64,000 bases of DNA from assembly GCA_963693365.1 (NCBI GenBank), contig CAVNZM010000005.1, positions 10,501,728 through 10,565,727 of the forward strand, given 5' to 3'. Of the stretch, positions 1 to 14,400 are shown piece by piece (position 1 is the first letter of the stretch; every line of letters starts with the position of its first letter). The notes beneath the pieces were generated by a model. It was not told where the DNA came from and did not search any database. It saw only the letters and a list, made by a program, of their open reading frames with translations. The DNA comes from Amoebidium appalachense (Eukaryota; Protista; Ichthyosporea). Made by a program: the position numbers and the translations under genes.

Positions 1-1762
1 AGAATGCAACATAAACACAACACAAATGGACTGGGGAGTAGGGGAGAGAACCAAATCTTCAATCTATTCGAATTTCAACTTGGGGAGGGGGGGGGGGGGG
101 GGGGGGGGGGGGGAGGTCGGTCTACACAGTACAATGAACAAAGATAATGAAAAAACGGTAAACGAGATTGAATGGGATGCAACAGAAGGCAAACAGGGGG
201 GGGGGGGGTGGGGGGTGGAGATGAGAGATGAACATTGCGCAGGGGAACCCACACTCGAGTTCGACAAGTTGTACGAATAAGGCACACACACCAAAGTACA
301 CAGATGACATGTTCACGCCACAAAGGTACCCATGCCCCCCGTATACACACACACACGTTCATACATATCTCCACTCTGCAGGTGCACCCATGTATACACA
401 CCCACCCGTGCATTCACGCATGAGTGCATGAGCCGACTCGTTCAATTGCACGCATATACGTGATTCATCAAAGACAGCTCTACCTTAACGACTTTGTGCT
501 ATTACAGCCGATGACTTATGCAAAAATCACATCTCACACTCGACACATTCCAAAAAGACCTAAAGACACCTTGCATGCGAACAACGTGCAAAAAGGCACA
601 CAGCCCCGATGTAATCCTGCCTTTTCTCACTCCCTCCCCTTTGTCCCTCTAAATTCACTACCATATACCTTCTTGGCCATAATACTAAGGTGCAGGATAC
701 TTGGGTGTTTTTGCATTTGCCCACCTATAGTCCATAAATAGCTATCTGCACAACACACGGAGGTGACACGCACATAAAGAGTGAAAAAGAGGCAGAAGGG
801 GCAGGAGTAATTGTGCACATGCCCGTGTCGGCCACAACATACCAACATAAACACACATACACACACACACACAAGCCCCGTGCACCACACACATATACAC
901 ACAAAGATGAACAAGAGAAAACGCAAAAGAACTTGAGATGCCCATAGGCATAGGACGCAGAGCAGTATCAAGCACACCAGGCTCCCAAAAAAGAACGTGG
1001 ATGTTTTCAGTAGAACTTCAACGGACAAATACTGGCTGGTTGTAGTGCCTAAAAGCCAATATTACTGATCAGCGACACCAGAACATTCAAGATGAAGGGA
1101 GGAACAAGGAGGCGAAGCACAGAGACAGAAAGGACGATGTAACATGTGCAAACGATGTGCACTTGTTGGGTGCAGAACAGGAAAGGTATTCGTTGGGGGG
1201 GGGTGGGGGGGTGGGGGGGAGGAAGAGAATATAGAATGAAGAGAGTATAAAATATATTCAGCGAAAAGAGAGATAAGAGCACAAAAAATAGCAGAGGGAG
1301 GGAGGGAGGACAAAAACTAGGAAGAACGCAAGGTGGTCGGATTCCAACAGCAAGAAAATGCCAATACTCCGTGTGTTGCATAGGCAAAAGGGCCAGTACG
1401 TCTTTATAAAAAAGGCTTTAAAATACGCAAACAGAACAAGGAACCCGCCCATTTTCTCAAAGTCCCCTGCCCCTTCTTCTCTGCCCTCCCCCCATTTCTC
1501 CATCTCGCTCCCATTTGGACTCTAAGACCCACCAAAATGCACATGCAATTCGACAAATTCAACAGCAAGGTGACAGCCAAAAAAGAAACCCTCGGACCGT
1601 GCTTAAGCACGCAAAAGAAATCAATGCGCCAAAGAGGCAAACAAGCAAAACGAAACCAGACTGAGCAAGACAAGTAAAGAAAGCCGGGGAGGGGAGGAGG
1701 GGAGGGAAGGGCGGGAGAGAGAAAGGGGAGGGAGGCAGGGAGGGAGAATGGAGCGCACTAAC

Positions 1763-2000
1763 CATTATCCAGGCTACCAAGGTTTAAAATCTGCGCAAGA
1801 TCGCTGACGTCGATGTCCGCCAGTTGCATCTGCTGGCCCTGCTGCTGCTGGCCGCCAAGTGGGTTGTCTCGTATGATGTTTGCAAACTGCCCTTGCAGTT
1901 GTGCTAGCTGGGAAACGTACATTTCTGGACATGATGATTGTCTTTGACGACGCTGGCCTGGCCTGTTAAAGCCGGCCATTTTCTGCTGCTGGTTATTCAT
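1763..2000 (-). CDS. First coding exon of an unknown Q/N-rich protein; gene continues toward and past the left edge
   Basis: ATG at 2000 opens MNNQQQKMAGFNRPGQRRQRQSSCPEMY...LGSLDN, ending at a GTTAGT donor (phase 1). A phase-compatible candidate next exon lies at ~670-745 (SYLWTIGGQMQKHPSILHLSIMAKK|gtatat). No family recognised. Confidence 0.5.
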
Positions 2001-3614
2001 TTTTTCAACCGATTTAACAAGCCACCCACTCTCTACTCTCGTTTGCTTGAGATCAAGAAAACCATAAAAACGGCTAGTTCATCAAGGGGTGGTTATTTTT
2101 TCCTACTGCAGCTTGTATCGTACATGGTTATTCGTAAAGGGCATATGGTGTGTGACTCTGCCAACTAATGACGGCACCGTCTTCCTATCTGAACAAATTT
2201 CTGGGTTCCAAAGAACCTGCACGACGGAATGTTATGGCAAAAAAATGCCTACTTGCGTGAATCATTAAATGCTACGGGAAAAAAGCAGGTGCTCTTACAG
2301 CAATCAAAATACTTTCTAGTCAGGCAATTTGCGCCCAAAGGTTACTTCTTTCGTTGCGGAAATTTCACGAAGAATTGCTACGTTTCAAACAGGAAAAACG
2401 AAGCGAAAAATTCAAAAAACAACGCCGGTCAAGCAGTCTTCGTCTCTCTGCCTCTGCCTTCTAGAATCTAGAATCTGCAACGGTCACTCCCACATGAACC
2501 GCCTAGTCTTTCTGCATATGACGAAAACATGACTTTGTGGCAAAGAGCAATCGGGTCAGCCGTGGGCCAGTGTAGGGTAAAGATTTTTGAGTGGGTTTGC
2601 TAGGATAGACCATGAGCCTCCCCGTCTCAACCGGGAAGAGTGGGGTAAACAGAGATTGCGTTTTATTCATCTGAGTCTGGCGAGCAAGGTGGCTTTATAA
2701 GCCCACTAGTAGTTGAAAACTACGCTCTCAAGCTCCTTCTATGCATTCAAATACATTATTTAGACAGATACAGGTAATAGATCTTATTTAAGTTGTATGC
2801 CTTAGACCCTCCTAACTTTTCATGCAAACATTCTTTTTTGCACCTTCTCAACCACACAGGTTCTGATTTGATCTATTTATGCAGAGATATATGTAGGTCC
2901 ACCAATCATATCGACAAGTAAAATTTTTATTGAAAATTTTTTCAAGATCTGATTACGCAGCCCGGCCCACCTGAGCTGGAGAAACGAGAAACGGAAGCTT
3001 GCGCGGGAAAACTTTCGTGTGTGTACAGTACACGGCCCTATATGTAGGCCACACTGGTGCCCATACAGGACACCTCTTTGATTCGTCCCTTGAACATGCC
3101 TTACAACAATAAATTTCCCCCCCAATGCTATTAAGGGCAGTAAAAGACAGTAAATGAGACAAAGATGGCAAATCACACGTTCGTTGAACACGCTCTCGAC
3201 TGTTTCCTCTGCATAAAATTGTCACCTGTTTACAGGATGGCGCGCCTAAAAAAACTAGTAAGGAAAAGCAAATAAAAGTTTGCGCTGAAGGAGAAAAAAA
3301 TAGTCAAGCTTCTCCGTGGGAGCTCCCCGGTTGCTGTGCACGCATCCCATGTGCACGTGCGTGTGCATTTTCTTGTGCACCAGGCGCAGCATGCATGCGC
3401 AGCAATCGTGGGTCACCATCGTGTCCCCCATGGCATCCCAATGCCTGAAGAAAACCGGGATGTTCACATAAAAGAACGGCTACAACCCCTCCCTCTTCAC
3501 CCCTTTACCCACACACACCCACGCACACGCACACACGCCCCCCTAACCCCCCCCCCCCCCCCCCCCCCGGTGTTGTCCGTTGTTTATGCGTGCTTCATAC
3601 TTCATGGCGCATCC

Positions 3615-3661
<47 letters not shown>

Positions 3662-4524
3662 GGCCCAGCGGGTGACTCCCCGGATCCAAAGTCTGACTTG
3701 GTTTTCGTGTTTATAAGGCTAAAAGATCAAAACTCACGAGTTCAGACGGAGTTGGTGACTTGGGCCCATCCCGGTGAACATGGGTTGCTCCGCTTGCATT
3801 GAACCATGTGTGATGTCCTGCAGTGTTGCTTGCTTGGATGGTTGCCTTTGGTATGTGTCCTGTACTGTGTTTTTCATAGTGTAGTTGTACTTCGATCATA
3901 TGTGCCGTGTTCTACATTCTGACCTCTACATCATTCATCATTCTCCCCCCTCCCCCTCCCCCCCCCCCCCCCCCCCCCCCCCGCTGCCCCTCCTTGCTTA
4001 CTGCCCCTATGATTGCGTGCCCGTAGTACCGCAGGCAGACTGTGCGTGTACGCGCCAAAAATTGAAAAATGCACAGGCCTTTAAGTTTTAAACAAGGATA
4101 TAGGAAAACATCAGCATCAAACAACAGTTTACTGTATGTCGTGTCGCAGTTGCGCGTGAAGTTAAGATATTGTGCGGGTCATCAAGTACGAATGAAAGGG
4201 GAGAAAAAAATTCAAAAACGTGACCGAGTGGGAGAAAGTAACAACGAACATTGAGAATAAGAGATCTACTGCGGCGTCGCCAGAAAGTCTTCAAGACGAA
4301 TTTGACTTCTATAAACATAAAGACAGGAGAATCAAACAAATGAAGGAAACTATAATCCGGCCTGCAACTTGTACGAACCCACATCTGTAAGTATCCTGTG
4401 GTATCGTCATCACCAACATTGCCAGTATGTCACAACAGTATGAACATATGAGCGCACTATCCAACAATCATAACCACTCAGCATATCACAACCAATACAA
4501 CCGGCGTACATTACATACATTACA

Positions 4525-4656
4525 ATTGGTATATCACGATACGTATATCACGTCCGTTTGATATCATGGCAGTATATTACAATCGATATATCACTTCCAT
4601 TTGATATCCACATATAACAATCGGTATATCACCTCCATCAAATATCGGTATATCAC
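4525..4656. repeat. Degenerate tandem repeat of a (G/A)TATATCAC motif immediately downstream of a stop codon
   Basis: ggtatatcac/cgtatatcac/gatatatcac recurs about 5 times; the last copy overlaps the TGA of the minus-strand gene at 4653-4655. Confidence 0.6.
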
Positions 4657-6332
4657 GATTTTTCTGCCGCTTTCGCCACATCGCCGCCCTTCTTTCCTCC
4701 CTTCCTTGCCTCCATAATTTCCCGCAGTCTCCTTTTCAGTGGTTCCTTATCAATTATCGTATCTGCAAGAAATTTCCTCACATATCTGAGAACCCCCTCC
4801 TCCAACTCTTTATCCGGTGCCAGTTGTGTGCCCGTCGGTGCGTTCGGTCCCGGGAATTTTTTCAAAAGTGCGGTAGAAGGTGCCTCAAATTCAAAGGGGG
4901 GCTCTTTCAGTATTATGTCCGAAATTGGTTTCCACACTGCATCCGTCCGTATTTCCGGTCTCGGCTGGGCGTGGGTCGGGGGTGGCTCCAAATTACGTGT
5001 GGTGGTGGGAGGGGTCTGCCGCTCTTGGTCGTCTTTTCCCTCTACCACCCCAGATTGCAACTCACGGTGGGGGCTGTGGGTGATAATATCGGCGCAATTT
5101 GTTTCCGTACCCCCCATACTTTCATTTTCAACCACCTGGTTTTTATCCCGATTGGAACTCAATTCGTCAATTTCAGCAGGCGCCTGCAAACGTTTCTCCC
5201 CGCCGCCGCCTGTCGTTTCTTTCTTTTCCTTTTCCTCCAGCGCACTACCCGCATGTGATACTGGGTCGCTTAGCTCAGGTACCAAAGTATCCCCCGTTTC
5301 CCCCCGTGGCTCCATCTTGGGTTTGAATTCCAAATTCCCAACCACATTTCCCGTATTTATCTCGACGACTGCACCATTTTCTTCCTTACTATCCATCACC
5401 TCTCTCCCTCCCTCGTCTTCCTTGATACCTGTCATTTTATCTTTCTCCTCTTTCTCCGAAATCCCACTCATCTCACGAACCAGTGTATCCGTTCCCAAAA
5501 GCCCTTCGCCGCATTCTTCGGTTCCGATTTCCTTTTCCGGTTTGGTTGTGACCGGATTCCGTTCGAGCTGTTCCACCGGCTCGAGTTTTTCGCTGGCCCG
5601 TAGAAACCCAATACGTCCCAGGAGCTCCCTGTGAGCCACCAATACCATCTCCTTCGTTTCGACCCCACTTTCTACCGTTTCATTCCCACCAACATCCGCA
5701 ATCGTACATAAAACCACCCCTTTACTCTCATTGGGCGATACTGTTGCCGATTCAAGAGATCGTGGTGTAATCGATCTAATCGATCTAATCGAGTCGGATC
5801 GGAAACTGAACGACCCACCACGGGCCACATGGGCCAACAGCTGCCAAGGAACAGCCAATTTCCACACGGAAAGAGCTAGACTGTGCATGAACGAAACGAA
5901 CTCCGGGTTAGGTGCGGTGTTTGTATAGGCCACATTTATCGCTACACTGTTCATGAGACCTACAAAGGACTCCAGCCGCCTGCAAAACTGGTCCCACCCC
6001 CCCGGACCCATTGTTGATTGGATGTGCGTGTAGTATTCGGAGAGAATCCGGCCGCTCGCGTTGTGGCGGGCAGTGAGAATCCACTCAATCAACGCCAAAT
6101 TCTCCTCAAAGGATCCAATAGTTCGCTCGCGATCGGTCGTTTGCGTAATCGGAGACGGGTTTTCGGGGTGTGATACCGAATTTTCGTTTGAGCACGGAGT
6201 AAGGGCGGTGGTGGTGGGGGTGTTGGTGGAGGTGATGGCGAGAGGTGGACTTAAAGGTAAAGTGGGATAGTCGGCCAATTCGATTTCGACAAAGGAGATC
6301 ATGTTTACAAGGCAGCGCAGGAACATAAGAAC
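4653..6332 (-). CDS. Terminal exon of the KIX-like giant gene
   Basis: Acceptor aaacag|GTTCTTATG, followed by an open frame of ~560 codons to TGA (part of the 604-aa ORF). Confidence 0.8.
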   Translation of the reverse strand, partial: VLMFLRCLVNMISFVEIELADYPTLPLSPPLAITSTNTPTTTALTPCSNENSVSHPENPSPITQTTDRERTIGSFEENLALIEWILTARHNASGRILSEYYTHIQSTMGPGGWDQFCRRLESFVGLMNSVAINVAYTNTAPNPEFVSFMHSLALSVWKLAVPWQLLAHVARGGSFSFRSDSIRSIRSITPRSLESATVSPNESKGVVLCTIADVGGNETVESGVETKEMVLVAHRELLGRIGFLRASEKLEPVEQLERNPVTTKPEKEIGTEECGEGLLGTDTLVREMSGISEKEEKDKMTGIKEDEGGREVMDSKEENGAVVEINTGNVVGNLEFKPKMEPRGETGDTLVPELSDPVSHAGSALEEKEKKETTGGGGEKRLQAPAEIDELSSNRDKNQVVENESMGGTETNCADIITHSPHRELQSGVVEGKDDQERQTPPTTTRNLEPPPTHAQPRPEIRTDAVWKPISDIILKEPPFEFEAPSTALLKKFPGPNAPTGTQLAPDKELEEGVLRYVRKFLADTIIDKEPLKRRLREIMEARKGGKKGGDVAKAAEKS

Positions 6333-6580
6333 CTGTTTTTGTTGGGGGTTTTTTTTTGTGGGGTATGAGGGAGGGGAAGGGGAGAGAAAGGGGTATGCAG
6401 TTTTGTTAGTAAGCACGGGGTGTCTGGAGGAATGTCTGTGTACTAACGTGTTGTGTGTGGCAGCCACATCTGTCGAAACGAGTTACTGTAGCTGCGGGTG
6501 TGGGCAGATAACTATTCGGTACAGGCTAAGTTAGTTTCACCGGAAGGATGACCGTGTGTGTGTGTATGTGTGTGTGTGTA

Positions 6581-6614
<34 letters not shown>

Positions 6615-6722
6615 GGGTAAAGATGGTGGTATGCGTGTGTGTGTGATCATGTTCACAACGGTAGGTTGGAAGAAACATGCCGAGGTAGAGCGATGGTAAA
6701 ATCACAAACAGGGGAAGGGAAA

Positions 6723-6757
<35 letters not shown>

Positions 6758-7748
6758 CACACTGGCCCCCAATGGCTCAGAGCCTGGAGATGATGGGGGG
6801 GAAGGGAGAGGGGGAAGGGGAAGGCGGGGTGTGGGGGAGGGGGGAGGAGGGGGGAAGGGGGAGGGGGGACAACGGATTGGGGGGGAGGGGAGAGACGGGA
6901 GGAGGAAGGGGGGAGGGGGAGGGGGGAGGGGGGAGGGGGAGGAGGGGGTGGCAGGAGGAGGGGGTGGGAGGAGGGGGAGGGGGGGGGGGGGGGGGGTTGG
7001 AATACTTGGTTTTCTCTGCAGGACTCAAAAACAGTCTCCAGGTGACTCATTGCAAAGGAGAGAGCTTTAATGGCCCCAACGGGAACGACCAGGGGGGAAG
7101 GGGTAAATCCAGGACCACCTGCGAAAAAAGGAAAAGAAAAGAAGAAAAGAAAATGTTGTGTGGGTGTGTGGGTGTGGTGTACGTGTTTGTGTTTGTGTAT
7201 GAGGGAGGGGAGGGGGGGGGGGGGGGGGGGGGGAGGGAGAGGGGGGGGGGGATAGAAGGGATAAGGGCATGACATTAAGGAGTGGGTGGAAAGAGAGACG
7301 AGAGGCACAGAAAAAGGGTGAAATGTTGGGGAACGGGGGGGGGGGGGGGGGGTTGTCTGTCACAGTGGAGAACGGGGCGAAGAAGGGGGGGGGGGGGGGG
7401 AGGGGGGGGGGGAAGGGGGTGTTTTTTTAGGTAAGGAGTGGGCCAGGCCACCACATGACATTCAAAAAAGGGGTGAGAGGCCATTCGCAACGAAAAAAGT
7501 GTATATGCACACAAGGCTTACAACCAACAAGAAAAATCAAAAAGCCAAGGATCAACGCTGGAGTGAAAGACCACAAAGCGCCTAACAACCAGGAATTTAG
7601 AATAATTTCTAACAAAACAGCAGATGCGGTGTAAACTATCATGATAATCACCTCTGACAGTAAGTTATGTGAATAATACCATATATATGTATATATGTAT
7701 GTATGTGTGTGTGTGTGTGTGTGTGTATGTAAGTATGTGTATGTATAC

Positions 7749-7790
<42 letters not shown>

Positions 7791-8960
7791 CATAAATAAT
7801 AATAATGCGTGTGTGCGTGTGCGTGTGCGTGTGCGTGTAGCAAAATAGCACACCGTGTTCCACATTGCATATGATTTTCACTCACCCGATTCTTGCCGCT
7901 CCAATCCGATTCGGTCTCCTCCCCCAGGTGCTAGTTCTCTTGTCACATACGGTCCTTCACGCAACCACACAACGTGGCATTCAAACCGGCTAATCGCCGA
8001 TTCTAAATCACTAATCACACTCTCGTACAGTCTTTCTTCAGCAAGAATCGACACGTGTGTGGGCGAAACGGGCCTGAAGGTTATCTCTTTCGCAGACGTG
8101 GTGATAGGGGTGACGGAGGTGACGGGGGTGGTAGGAGTGGTGGTGGTGGTGGTGGTGGTGGGGAGGCGCGGGCAAGGGTTGGGTGTGTTGCATGATGTTG
8201 CGGTGGTGGGTGGAAGACCGAGGAAAAGCGATGAAACCAAATGCGGGATGATCGGGCGTGCTGCAGGGAAAAAAAAAAGGGGGAGAGGGGGAGATTAGCA
8301 ACGAATAACGTGTGTCATAGGCTGTAAAGAGAGTGCGGGGATTCACTGAGAATTGAGAGGGTGGAGGGAAGGAAGTTAGGAGGCCTGGGGAAGGGGGAGA
8401 GGGGGGAAGGGGAGGAGGGTGAGGAGAAAGTGGTGGAAGGGGGGGTTGGGGGAGGGGGGGGGGGGGGGGGGGGGGGGCAGGGGTATTGTGGATGATGACT
8501 TCTATCTATCCACTAGGGCATACGTGGTGCGTTAAGGTGACGTGCTTATAATCAATCCTTATTTCCGACAAATGCCCCCCTAGTTACAAGTTACAAAAAA
8601 ACAGCATATTTGATTCTATTTATAGTAATCGTGAATGACGATCTGGCAAATGCCTATGACCAATGCTCAATAGCATGGCGCCAATAGCATTCTATCTGAA
8701 GTTCAGTGATATGCCGGAAAAATGAGCCAATCGAATACTTCCACCAATATACATCAATGGAGTATTCAAGCATGTGCCTATTGAGTGACATGGTTGGGCC
8801 CTAGCTTACGACTAACAGAACCTATGGTACACAGATGCTTACAACCCCAAACGTTCATAATTACCGATTGTTTATCACTGATTTCCGTATGCCAGGTGCT
8901 GGTCCAAGAATGATCTACTGTCGTCCAGAATTTTCTTTTCTTATTATTATTATTATTATT

Positions 8961-9007
<47 letters not shown>

Positions 9008-9078
9008 TCGTTCCGATATTATTTGTTCTTCCCCCTCCCCTTAAAATTCCCCAACTTTTTTTTTTTTGTGTGTGTGGT

Positions 9079-9121
<43 letters not shown>

Positions 9122-9424
9122 GGGGTTGATGTATAAAAGGAAGGAAGGAGTGCTGCCAAACATTCACTGTAAGTGCTGCAGGAAACAGGGATGGGGCAAA
9201 AGGGAGGAACACATGTAAGATGCAATTTGAAGCCGCGGGAGGGAGAGGGGAGGGGGGGGGGGGGGGGGAGGGTGGACTTAAGGAATGTGGAGTATGCGGT
9301 AAGAACCAATTACACACGGTGACGAAAACGTTGCAGGACACATGTAAGAGTAAATATGCAAAAATGCTACATCAGCAACACGTAGAATGGAGCATGAGCA
9401 GAAACCCTCCTCCTGAGGGGGGAT

Positions 9425-9466
<42 letters not shown>

Positions 9467-9816
9467 GGGGGAGCAAGTCATTCCTTTGAGTTTCCATCTC
9501 TTTACCTCGAATACGAAACCCAACTTCATACAACAGCATCGTTTGAGATGTTTGTGTGTGTGCGTGTATTTGGAAGGGGTGGCTTTGTGTGTGTGTGTGT
9601 GGTGGTGTGGGGGGAGGGGGGTGGGGGGTGGGGGGGAGGGGGGTGGGATGAGGTAGAACTTACCTGTGCACAGTGACTGTGTAGATTTGTCCTCAATAGC
9701 CGGTGCCGAATTGGAGAGCAGAGACATGGGGTAGATGAGGCGGAATGCGTCCGATGCATATCTGCGCACTATACCCCATAGCTGGGTGGGTATGGCACCA
9801 GATGCGTCCTGTGTTC

Positions 9817-9914
<98 letters not shown>

Positions 9915-9934
9915 CGTGCGTGTGCGTGTGCGTG

Positions 9935-9966
<32 letters not shown>

Positions 9967-10846
9967 GTGTGTGAGCACGGTGTAGTGGTGTGTATATGAG
10001 TATAGAAAGTTGGGTGATTGGTGTGTGGGAGGGTTGGGTGGGAGGGGCTGAAGGGGATAAGGCAGGAGGGGTGGGGTGGGGGGGGGGGGGGGGGGGGGGG
10101 GGGATGGGTGGCTATGAATGTGGTGTATACATGGGGGGGGGGGGTGGGTCCGAAAGAAACGAAACATAATGGGCGGGGAAAGTGAAAGAGAAAGGGGAGG
10201 ATAGTATGTACAGATGAGAGAGGGTCGCAGGAAGAGAGTATGTGTGTGTGCGTGCACAGCGCTTGTTTGCATGTATGTGCGCGCACGTGTGTTCGTGGAA
10301 TATCCGAATGAGAAGCAGAGAAATACGAGACAAAGGGAATCCAACAAACAAACACCTAACAAACCACTTAAAATGTTGGCCAAGAACGGAAAGCTCAGAA
10401 AGCAATCAAACCACTCATGAGGCAACAGCCAATAAAAACACACCGTTACCGCCGTCTCCACACCTATTGGAGGAGGGTCACTGAAAAAATGCAGATGCCT
10501 CAATGTAAGATACGCATCCAGGCGCTCCCGTCCCCCACCCTCCAACCACCCAATCATACGCTCGTATCTCTGTTGTGCTCCTTTAAACACTCCCGGCGTA
10601 GGTTCATCGATTAGTCGGATGGTGGTTGGAGTGAATGCGTGGAGTAGTGTTTTTATGTCGAAAAGAATCGTTGTTAGCGAATTTTTGATTGATTCTGCGC
10701 TTAGGGGCTTGTTTTTGATCGCTAAAATGGGGATGATGTTGGCGATGTCTGCTCTCACAGATGGGTCGTCGATGGAGGCGAGAAGAGACTCGTATGCTCC
10801 TGTGTGTGTGTGTGTATTTGGGGGGGGGGGGGGGGGGGGGGGGGAG

Positions 10847-10891
<45 letters not shown>

Positions 10892-10986
10892 CGCGTGTGT
10901 GTGTGTGTGTGTGTGTGTGCATGGAGGGGGGGGGACGGGGGGGGAGGGGAGTGTTTGTGTGTGGGGGGGGGGGGAGGGGTAGAAGG

Positions 10987-11020
<34 letters not shown>

Positions 11021-11447
11021 CTGTCTGTGTGTGCGCGCGTGCGCGTGTGTGCGTGTGTGTACGTACGTACGTGTGTGTGTGTGTGTGTGTGTGCATGCAC
11101 ATGCGGGTGTGTGTACACGTGTACGTGTGTAGGTGTGCTTGTGTGTGTGTGTGTGTGTGCGTGCATGTGTGCTGTGTGTGCATCTTTGTGTATGTGTGTG
11201 CGCGTGCGTGCGTGCGTGCGTGCCCGTGCGCGTTTTTATTATTTTTTCCCCGGGGGGGGGAGGGGGGGGGGCTGGCGAGCAGGTTTCTTCTGATTACCAT
11301 AGTGGCATAAGAACTGAGCAACAGGCATACGGTTTTGACATCCTCAAACCCCCGAAAACATCATCTCTCTTAACCTCGTTCCTTTCGACTTTCCCCTCTG
11401 ATTTATCCCTTTTGAATTTGCAGAGGAAGGAGAGGGGCTGGGGAAGA

Positions 11448-11490
<43 letters not shown>

Positions 11491-14400
11491 CTTCCAGACT
11501 CCGTTTCCAAACATACATTGATTACTAGATTTGGTATGAACAAGCAGGAGGCATGGCAGGTGTCTGTGATTGGAGCAATGACATACCACCGAGATCCAGA
11601 CGCTGGTTCCCCGGCTCATGGACACCCAAGTAAATTTCAACTTCGGTGGCTGAGCTGCCGTTGTCGGATGACCCACGCAATGCAACACCCCCGACAGTAT
11701 CAACCCCCACCTCGTTCTCGTCCTTTTCACCCTCATTCGAGTCACCCATCTTCTTCTCACCCTCGTTTAATTCAACCAGGTTTCCCCCGTTCCTTTCTTT
11801 AGGCTCACTTACCTCGGCCGTTTGCTTCTGACCCTCGTTTATTTCAACCACATTCACCTCCTTTTTTTCCTTATCCTCAATCACCTCGTCAAAACCCCCC
11901 CGTGTTTCTTTAGATTCCACGTTTTTCTGCTCTTCTTCGTTCACCTCATCCCTTTTTCTCTTGCCCTCTTCTGATTCGTATATTTCGTTTCCACCATCTT
12001 TCGAATCATCCGTTGCCTTTGCACCAGCACTCCCCTCATTCCTATCGCCACAACCCTCCTTTATTTCTGCCATTTCTCTCTCACTTCCAGGCTCCGTGAA
12101 AAGACCCATATCCCTCTCCGTCTCCTTCCCCTCACTAGTTTCATTACCTCTGTCTTTCCCCTCGGTCATTTCCTTTCCATCCTCCCTCTCATCACCAAAT
12201 TTCTTCCCCATTTCCGCCATTTCCGCTGACTCGGCTTTCACTTCCTCGGACACATCCCCCTTGTTTTCTCCTTCTCCCTCTTTCATTTCCACCTCAATTA
12301 TTTCCCCTTTATCCTCCCTTATTTCCTCACTGAATCCACCTATATCGCCAAGATCCCCGATGGTTTTTGACTCACCCCTCTTTCCTTTCTCCATATCCTC
12401 GTTGTTTTCCATGCCTTTGATATCTGCCCCTGTAACCCCTCCGTTTTCCAATTCTTGCGTTCCTCCTCTGCGCATCCCTTCATCTCCATTTCCATCCTTA
12501 TCCCCTTTAGCCTCTTTAACATCACTCGTTTGCTCGTTCTTTTTCCCCTCCTTCCCAATCACGTTTTCCCCTTCCGTACTCTCAGTTTCCCCTCTTTCCT
12601 CCCTTCTTGTTGTCATCTTCTCATCCCCTCCACCTTCCACCCCTTTTGTCTCAGTTCCAAGCTCTGTTGCCACCCCACTCTCATCTTCGCCTTCTCCCGT
12701 GTTTCCCACCGCCTTTCCCTCCTCCCCTTCCATTTCAACCTCTTTACGTTCTGAGCACTGAATCTCCTTCACAACCTCTTCCATCCCACTATCACCGCCC
12801 ATTTCTTGTTCCAGCGTTTTATCCTTTCCTTCCTTGTTACAATTCTCTGCTCCTTCGTTTTCTTCACTGGCCATCTTTGCACATGAACTCTGGCTCTGTG
12901 AGGAGTCGTTCATGTTTGGTTCCTGTTCGCTTGGTGAGGGGACTACGGGAGGTGGCGCTTTTGTTACAGTGGGTGTTTTTTCCGTGTCTGGAGCTGTGTG
13001 TCCTTCCTTCTCGTTCTCACGTGAATCAATTTCCTTTTCTTCTGTTTTCACTCCTTCACGGTGCACAGTTTTGTCGCTTGGTGAGAGTATACCACTACTC
13101 TGTTCTTTTCCCTCCTCTTTCTGCCCCGAAACTTTCTCATCCTCAACCCCAATCTTTTCACCCTCCTTTTCCTCTCTTTCACCACCAACACTCACTTCAT
13201 TTTGCTTCCTTGGCAATGTTATTTCATTGCTCCTTTCTTTGCCTTCCCCCTGCTCCCGTACTATCCCACTTCCTATCACCCCTTCTCCTTTATGTGATTC
13301 CTCCCTTTCACCACCCCCACCACTACCCGTTTCTCCGAAGGAAACATCTTCCAATGATACCGCAGCAGGAGAAAAAGACAGATTCCGCCGGAGGTCAGGG
13401 GAGCTTGGCGGGGGATTGAACACGGGATTTCGTAATTTCCTTTTCGTAATTTCGGGCGGGGAGGGTGGGGTTCTTAAACATGCAGCGTCAAAACCAAACA
13501 TACTGATGGCGCTCTCACGAAGAGACTTTGCCATCGCCGCCAGATCGGGTTTTTCATCGATCGGATCTTCGATCTTGCTCCGCTTTTCACGTGTGGTTTT
13601 CGTCGGGGTGGTGGTCGTAAGGTTGGTTGCGGTTGTAGTGGTGGTTGTAGCGGGGGTTTTAGTGAAATTGTCGGTAACTCCGGAAATTCCATTGCCTTTT
13701 GCGAACGTTGTTAACGTAAAACCCTTGAACCCCACACCACTGGCCTGCCCCGTTGTGTCTGCATTCGTTATTCTTGGTAGGCTCGGGAACCCCCCAAACG
13801 AAAAAGGAACTCTACCAAATTCGGCCGGTGAAGAGCGAAAATCAAAACTGGACCCCTGCTCATACACAGGTTGGACGTCGGAAAGGGGGGTCTTACTTGC
13901 GCTCGAATCTTTCGGTGTGGGGTTCCTTGTTTCCGTGCTTGTTTGTGTGGGTGTTCCCTTCCCTGAAATTGCCGTTGCGGTGGTGCTTATGGGTTCTTGA
14001 ATGATACTGCTTGGATTAACATTTGCTGGGGTTTCGTTTCCAGAAATCGTCGGCGTACTTGTTGTGGTGGTTGTGGGTGTGGCTGTATAGATTGATGTGC
14101 TTTTGCCTGCGTCCTCGCCTCCCTGCATGCTCGATATTAACTCTGTAACTTTCGGTGCGTTGGAACCCGCGCTTGTCGATGTGTTACTCTCCACGCCCGC
14201 TTTTTCCAGTGTAGTTTTGCTTTCACCCGATACGCCGGTGGGGATTTTTCCTGTCGCCGTGGTTGGAATTTTGGGTTTCTTTGCCCCCGTCCCTGCCTGT
14301 AGTGTGGTTTGGGTGGTTGCCGTGGTTGCTGGTGTGGGTTTGGTGATTGTGTTTGCTTGCGTTTTGATTGGCCCTAGGTTGAATTTCACAAGGGGTTTTT

